Positions 9,273 through 13,687 of a stretch of 13,687 bases of DNA are shown one piece after another. Numbering within the stretch: the first letter of the stretch is position 1; every line of letters starts with the position of its first letter. The translations under genes were made by a program, and so were the position numbers. The stretch lies in the IMG/VR virus record IMGVR_UViG_2526164652_000005. One strand, 5' to 3'. This DNA comes from a virus (Duplodnaviria > Heunggongvirae > Uroviricota > Caudoviricetes). The notes below the pieces were generated by a model, which did no database searches, had not been told where the DNA came from, and saw only the letters and a program-made list of their open reading frames with translations.

Positions 9273-10445
9273 TTACGCGCTGACCTGGCTGGCGAAATTC
9301 ACCAGGTACTGATCGGTGATGCGCTGACGCAGCATCAGGTTTTCAAGTGGCGGCACTGGCGTGTAGTCGTAGTCGATAGTGAGTTTCCCGGCTTTCAGAG
9401 TGTCTTTGTCGTTCACCGACTCGTCCAGCCAGCAATCACCACCAATGAGATACCCCTGACTGACCAGGCTGCGCATTTTGGCGCGGATACCTTCGATAAT
9501 GTCGCGGGCCAGCGACGGATTCAGCGGTTTGTCCACTGCCCACATGTGCGCTTCTGCCATCGTGTCCATCAGTACCTGCGCCGTGCGGGTGTAGTTTTCG
9601 AAGGCAAAGAGCGGGTCATCGCTCAGACAGCGGGAACCCCAGAAGCGGAAACCGTCTTTGCGGATAAGCGTGGTAACGTCGTTCTGGTTAAGCAGACCTG
9701 CATCGGTTGCCGGGTCCTGCAGATCCCAGAACACATCAGCAGAAATTCCGGTGACACCGTTCACGCCCACGTTGGACAGGCTTTTGTGCCATCCGGTCTG
9801 CTCATCAATTTTGGCGCGCAGACCGAGCGCACGGGCGGTGGCATATGCCGTTGCTTCGGCATTCAGCACCGTGTCCCAGCCCGTAAAGTCAGGCCAGATC
9901 AGCATCCCTTCGCGCTGGCTGAAGTTTTCACGGTAAGTGATCGCCTCCTGTACCGTCTTGCAGCCATACGCTGACAGGTAAGCAAACCCACGCAGGCTTT
10001 GCGCCACGCTCAGCAACTCAGTCGCAACGGCTTTGTTATCGTGGCCTGGCACGCCGAGAATGCGCGGTTTAACGCCGAGCTGTGACTGGGCAGATAACAG
10101 GGCTTTCATACCTGTTTTTTTACCTTCAGCAGTCACTGCGCCGATGATATTGGTCGTGGTTTCGTCTTCCGTTTCACCCTGCGGCACACGCACAACAACG
10201 GTCACGGGTTTTGCCTGGTCAGCGATGGCATCCAGCGAACGGGCCAGAGTACCGGACTCACCCGCTTTACCGCTGGCAGTCAGCACATCAGTGATCAGCA
10301 CGGGTTTATTAAGAGGAAACATTTTTGCATCGGCATCATCGCCCGTGCAGACCATACCCACAATGGCGGTGCTCACCGTGGTAATGGATCGGGTGCCTTC
10401 GTTGACTTCAACAACGCGCACCCCGTGGTGGTAATCCTGAGCCAT
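9273..10445 (-). CDS. FI: P2 gpFI-family contractile tail sheath protein (390 aa)
   Basis: Strong similarity to P2 FI along its length (DYHHGV..., [13 protein letters not shown]..., [14 protein letters not shown]...). AGGAGG SD lies 9 nt upstream of the ATG. Confidence 0.9.
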   Translation of the reverse strand: MAQDYHHGVRVVEVNEGTRSITTVSTAIVGMVCTGDDADAKMFPLNKPVLITDVLTASGKAGESGTLARSLDAIADQAKPVTVVVRVPQGETEDETTTNIIGAVTAEGKKTGMKALLSAQSQLGVKPRILGVPGHDNKAVATELLSVAQSLRGFAYLSAYGCKTVQEAITYRENFSQREGMLIWPDFTGWDTVLNAEATAYATARALGLRAKIDEQTGWHKSLSNVGVNGVTGISADVFWDLQDPATDAGLLNQNDVTTLIRKDGFRFWGSRCLSDDPLFAFENYTRTAQVLMDTMAEAHMWAVDKPLNPSLARDIIEGIRAKMRSLVSQGYLIGGDCWLDESVNDKDTLKAGKLTIDYDYTPVPPLENLMLRQRITDQYLVNFASQVSA

Positions 10446-10521
10446 AGTGGCGAACCTCCTGATTGGATTAGGCTTCGCCCTATGTTGAAGTGATTGTGCC
10501 TGACAAACAGCTAAGCGCAGT

Positions 10522-10539
10522 TGTACCGTTATTCATACA
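10522..10539 (-). promoter_or_regulatory. Candidate Ogr-dependent late promoter element (TGT-N12-ACA dyad) upstream of FI
   Basis: tgtaccgttattcataca has the TGT-N12-ACA dyad characteristic of P2/P4 late promoters and lies about 85 bp upstream of the FI start. Confidence 0.4.
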
Positions 10540-10587
10540 AAATGACGGTATTTGTCTGCTTGCAGGGATAATCAACATAATGCTGAT

Positions 10588-11160
10588 TCAGGGGGATTCA
10601 TTGCTCTTATTTGCCGGAAATTTTCTATAAATTGTGGAAACACCTACATCAAAAATCAGTGCAATACGCTGTCTTGATTCTCCGGCCTCGAGTAAACGTC
10701 CAATCTGTGCCCACTGTTCGGTGATCAACTTAGGACGGCGTCCACCTACTCTGCCTTTGGCGCGAGCTGCAGCCAGCCCCGCCTTGGTACGTTCAACTAT
10801 CAGTTCGCGCTCCATTTCAGCCAGGGCCCCCATGACATGAAAAAAGAAACGGCCCATTGGGGTACTGGTATCAATACTGTCAGTCAGGCTTCGGAAATTC
10901 ACGCCACGCTGGCGCAGCTCTTCTATCAGCGTAACGAGATGCCGCATACTGCGCCCCAACCTGTCCAGCTTCCAGACAACCAGAGTGTCACCTGCCGATA
11001 ATGTCCTGAGCAGTTTTTTCAGTCCCGGTCTGTCGGACTTAGTGCCACTGATTTTGTCCTCAAAAATCCGCTCACATCCCGCGCAGTTCAGTGCATTACG
11101 TTGCAAATCGGTGTTCTGGTCATTTGTTGACACGCGTACATAGCCAATAAGCATGATCAA
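10588..11160 (-). CDS. Serine-recombinase DNA invertase, Hin/Gin/Pin/Cin family (190 aa)
   Basis: Very high similarity to Hin/Pin: catalytic-serine motif GYVRVSTNDQ, conserved core, C-terminal helix-turn-helix. True start may be the second in-frame ATG. Confidence 0.9.
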   Translation of the reverse strand: MIMLIGYVRVSTNDQNTDLQRNALNCAGCERIFEDKISGTKSDRPGLKKLLRTLSAGDTLVVWKLDRLGRSMRHLVTLIEELRQRGVNFRSLTDSIDTSTPMGRFFFHVMGALAEMERELIVERTKAGLAAARAKGRVGGRRPKLITEQWAQIGRLLEAGESRQRIALIFDVGVSTIYRKFPANKSNESP

Positions 11161-11172
11161 TCCCCTGAATAA

Positions 11173-11472
11173 AAACCGGGGATGATGCCAGTTAGCCGTT
11201 ATCTCTGCATTTTCATAAACGTTGGTTTGGGAGAAGCGGCTAAAAGAAATGTAGGGACAGGGGCGAATCAGATACCTGATATGGGTAGTTTTATGCTTTC
11301 TGCTTCAGTTCCTGGATATCAAAAATTGCCATCCGGTTTAATTATTCAATGGGGGCCAATTGATGTTCCGCTGACGTCTCAGGACACAGTAACCTATTTT
11401 CCGATTGCATTTCCGAATAGATGTCTGCGGGTATTTGCGACTCAGGATTACACTCCCGGCAGTGCAAATGTT
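11173..11472 (+). pseudogene. Truncated variable tail-fibre C-terminal segment (alternative Sv'-type cassette), cut by IS1
   Basis: Reading frame open from 11173, passes through the crossover site and runs into the IS1 left end at 11472/11473; the last 8 codons and stop of the tracked ORF are IS1 sequence. Tail-fibre assignment is by context and a weak remembered resemblance ([14 protein letters not shown]). Confidence 0.4.
11210..11235. other. Candidate Hin-family crossover site (hix/gix/pix-like 26-bp imperfect palindrome)
   Basis: ttttcataaacg-tt-ggtttgggagaa; reverse complement ttctcccaaaccaacgtttatgaaaa resembles hixL TTCTTGAAAACCAAGGTTTTTGATAA. Lies between the invertase gene and the divergent tail-fibre fragment, inside the latter's reading frame. 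Confidence 0.4.
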
Positions 11473-11495
11473 GGTAATGCTGCCAACTTACTGAT
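11473..11495. repeat. IS1 left terminal inverted repeat
   Basis: ggtaatgctgccaacttactgat; matches the reverse complement of the right end with few mismatches. Confidence 0.85.
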
Positions 11496-11527
11496 TTAGT
11501 GTATGATGGTGATTTTAAGGTGCTTGC

Positions 11528-11803
11528 GTGGCTTCCATTTCCATCAGATGTCCTTCCTGCTCCGCTACTGAAGGCGTGGTGCGTAACGGCAAAAGCACTG
11601 CCGGACATCAGCGCTATCTCTGCTCTCATTGCCGTAAAACATGGCAACTACAGTTCACTTACACCGCCTCTCAGCCCGGTACGCACCAGAAAATCATTGA
11701 TATGGCCATGAATGGCGTCGGATGTCGCGCCAGTGCACGCATTATGGGCGTTGGCCTCAACACGGTTTTACGTCACTTAAAAAACTCAGGCCGCAGTCGG
11801 TAA
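11528..11803 (+). CDS. insA: IS1 InsA (91 aa)
   Basis: Matches remembered IS1 InsA ([23 protein letters not shown]...). Confidence 0.95.
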   Translation: MASISIRCPSCSATEGVVRNGKSTAGHQRYLCSHCRKTWQLQFTYTASQPGTHQKIIDMAMNGVGCRASARIMGVGLNTVLRHLKNSGRSR

Positions 11804-12225
11804 CCTCGCGCATACAACCGGGCAGTGATGTGATTGTCTGCGCTGAAATGGACGAACATTGGGGCTACGTCGGTGCTAAATCACGTCAGCGCTGGCTGTT
11901 TTACGCGTATGACAGGATACGGAGGACGGTTGTGGCGCACGTCTTCGGTGAACGCACTCTGGCCACACTGGAGCGTCTTCTGAGCCTGCTGTCGGCCTTT
12001 GAGGTCGTGGTATGGATGACGGATGGCTGGCCGCTGTATGAATCACGCCTGAAGGGAAAGCTGCACGTTATCAGCAAGCGTTACACTCAGCGCATTGAGC
12101 GACATAATCTGAATCTGAGACAACATCTGGCAAGGCTGGGACGGAAGTCACTGTCGTTCTCAAAATCGGTGGAGCTGCATGACAAGGTCATCGGGCATTA
12201 TCTGAACATAAAACACTATCAGTAA
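11722..12225 (+). CDS. insB: IS1 insB' frame; expressed as the InsAB' transposase by -1 frameshift at A6C (11779-11785)
   Basis: Matches remembered IS1 InsB; the ttaaaaaac motif lies in the insA/insB overlap. Confidence 0.9.
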   Translation: MSRQCTHYGRWPQHGFTSLKKLRPQSVTSRIQPGSDVIVCAEMDEHWGYVGAKSRQRWLFYAYDRIRRTVVAHVFGERTLATLERLLSLLSAFEVVVWMTDGWPLYESRLKGKLHVISKRYTQRIERHNLNLRQHLARLGRKSLSFSKSVELHDKVIGHYLNIKHYQ

Positions 12226-12240
12226 GTTGGAGTCATTACC
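12218..12240. repeat. IS1 right terminal inverted repeat
   Basis: atcagtaagttggagtcattacc. Confidence 0.85.
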
Positions 12241-12242
12241 GT

Positions 12243-12551
12243 GTTCGTGAACTCGGTGATGCTAGTGTTCCTTTTTCGTTCGATGTTCATGCGATGATTT
12301 ATAGTGATGATGCACCATCATTAGAAAATCATCTGCATAAAGTCTTCAACGAAAAACAGGTCAATAAAATTAACTCACGAAAAGAGTTTTTCAACGTAAA
12401 TATTAAAGAAATTAAGTCTGTTATTGAAGATATGAACATCAACGCACAATGGACAATGTTTGCGGAAGCGAAAGAATATAGAGAGTCACTGGCGATTGAG
12501 CAAGAGCGCAAAGCAGCAACTTCCGCCAACGATGAACTGCATGTTGCTTAG
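12243..12551 (+). pseudogene. 3' fragment of a T5orf172-domain (GIY-YIG-like) protein gene, truncated at its 5' side by IS1
   Basis: Frame is open directly from the IS1 right end (...RVRELGDASVPFSFDVHAMIYSDDAPSLENHLHKVFNEKQVNKINSRKEFFNV...); this resembles the C-terminal T5orf172 motif. No start codon of its own until 12294. Confidence 0.5.
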
Positions 12552-12610
12552 CAATGTATGTTTCATAGTAATCACACATTGATTACTGGTTGTATATACA
12601 GTTAAATTTA

Positions 12611-12634
12611 GCCCTCTGATATGAGGGCTTTTTT
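12611..12634 (+). terminator. Intrinsic terminator-like hairpin immediately upstream of int
   Basis: Stem gccctc (12611-12616) / gagggc (12623-12628), 6-nt loop, then T6 (12629-12634). Confidence 0.5.
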
Positions 12635-13687
12635 ATGGCAGTACGAAAACTCACCACAGGAAAATGGCTTTGCGAATGTTACCCCGCCGGACGTAGTGGA
12701 CGTCGTGTGCGTAAACAATTCGCCACCAAAGGCGAAGCTCTGGCTTTTGAGCGTCACACGATGGAAGAAACCGAAGCAAAGCCCTGGCTGGGTGAATCAG
12801 TGGATCGTCGAACACTGAAAGACGTGGTTGAACTATGGTTCAAACTACATGGTAAATCTCTGACAGCTGGGCAGCATGTCTATGACAAATTGCTGTTGAT
12901 GGTTGACGCTCTGGGCAATCCTCTTGCAACCGATCTCACCTCTAAAATGTTTGCCCACTATCGAGATAAACGCCTGACAGGCGAGATCTACTTCAGCGAG
13001 AAATGGAAGAAAGGAGCAAGCCCGGTCACCATTAACCTGGAGCAAAGCTATCTAAGTAGTATTTTTAGCGAACTATCCCGTCTGGGCGAATGGTCGTATC
13101 CGAACCCACTGGAGAACATGCGAAAATTCACCATCGCAGAAAAAGAGATGGCATGGCTTACCCATGAGCAGATTGTTGAATTGCTGGCTGATTGCAAACG
13201 TCAGGACCCAATTCTGGCACTGGTAGTTAAGATATGCTTAAGCACAGGCGCACGCTGGCGTGAAGCCGTAAATCTTACTCGCTCACAGGTGACCAAATAC
13301 CGAATTACCTTTGTCAGAACGAAGGGGAAGAAAAACAGAAGCATCCCTATCAGTAAAGAGCTTTACGAAGAGATCATGGCGCTTGATGGGTTCAATTTCT
13401 TCACAGACTGCTATTTTCAATTTTTATCCGTGATGGAAAAAACGTCTATCGTGCTCCCTCGCGGTCAACTCACACACGTTCTGCGCCATACGTTTGCGGC
13501 GCACTTCATGATGTCGGGTGGAAACATTCTGGCCTTACAAAAAATTCTCGGACACCACGATATAAAAATGACTATGCGTTACGCACATCTGGCACCGGAT
13601 CATCTGGAAACGGCGCTCCGTTTCAATCCTCTGGCAACGCTGCCAAGTGGCGACAAAGTGGCGGCAGCGGTTGGCATTACCCCGTAA
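12635..13687 (+). CDS. int: P2-family tyrosine integrase (350 aa), complete; TAA at the window end
   Basis: Similarity to P2 Int (MAIKKLDDGRYEV... versus MAVRKLTTGKWLCE...); conserved catalytic region LSTGARW, RHTFAAHFM, LGHHDIKMTMRYAHL. Confidence 0.88.
   Translation: MAVRKLTTGKWLCECYPAGRSGRRVRKQFATKGEALAFERHTMEETEAKPWLGESVDRRTLKDVVELWFKLHGKSLTAGQHVYDKLLLMVDALGNPLATDLTSKMFAHYRDKRLTGEIYFSEKWKKGASPVTINLEQSYLSSIFSELSRLGEWSYPNPLENMRKFTIAEKEMAWLTHEQIVELLADCKRQDPILALVVKICLSTGARWREAVNLTRSQVTKYRITFVRTKGKKNRSIPISKELYEEIMALDGFNFFTDCYFQFLSVMEKTSIVLPRGQLTHVLRHTFAAHFMMSGGNILALQKILGHHDIKMTMRYAHLAPDHLETALRFNPLATLPSGDKVAAAVGITP

Larger units (their letters stand above)
11473..12240 (+). mobile_element. IS1 insertion sequence, complete (768 bp)
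   Basis: Canonical IS1 ends (ggtaatgctgccaacttactgat ... atcagtaagttggagtcattacc); insA and insB' present with the A6C frameshift motif; length exactly 768 bp. Confidence 0.95.

Noticed and set aside
11464-12249. Target-site duplication flanking IS1
   Set aside because: The 9-bp flanks (gcaaatgtt versus gtgttcgtg) do not match; this was reinterpreted as a deletion junction.
12621-12818. 65-aa plus-strand ORF overlapping the integrase start in another frame
   Set aside because: The integrase frame has strong homology from its first codons; the alternative frame has none.
1-13687. CRISPR arrays, rRNA genes, toxin-antitoxin pairs or other defence operons
   Set aside because: No spaced direct-repeat arrays or rRNA-like sequence noticed; every ORF over 80 aa is accounted for by core or prophage/IS genes; intergenic spaces are too short to hide a multi-gene system.

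Overview
Enterobacterial (Escherichia coli-like) chromosome carrying a degraded P2-family prophage. Positions 1-3067 are a conserved core block: ybjC (-), grxA (+), ybjM (-), ybjL (+). From about 3.2 kb onward, on the minus strand, lie P2-type late genes: ogr, D, U, T (reading frame broken), E with the E' frameshift extension, FII and FI. These are followed by a Hin/Gin/Pin-family DNA invertase, a truncated tail-fibre variable segment, a complete 768-bp IS1 with no target-site duplication, the 3' fragment of a T5orf172-domain gene, and a complete P2-family tyrosine integrase ending at the window edge. Head, baseplate, tail-fibre, lysis and replication genes are absent. I found no intact novel multi-gene system; the notable signals are the decay features (IS1 deletion junction, broken tape-measure gene, orphaned invertase switch). 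No CRISPR array or rRNA was seen; tRNAs were not systematically excluded by eye. All identifications rest on reading the ORF translations against remembered protein families, not on database searches.
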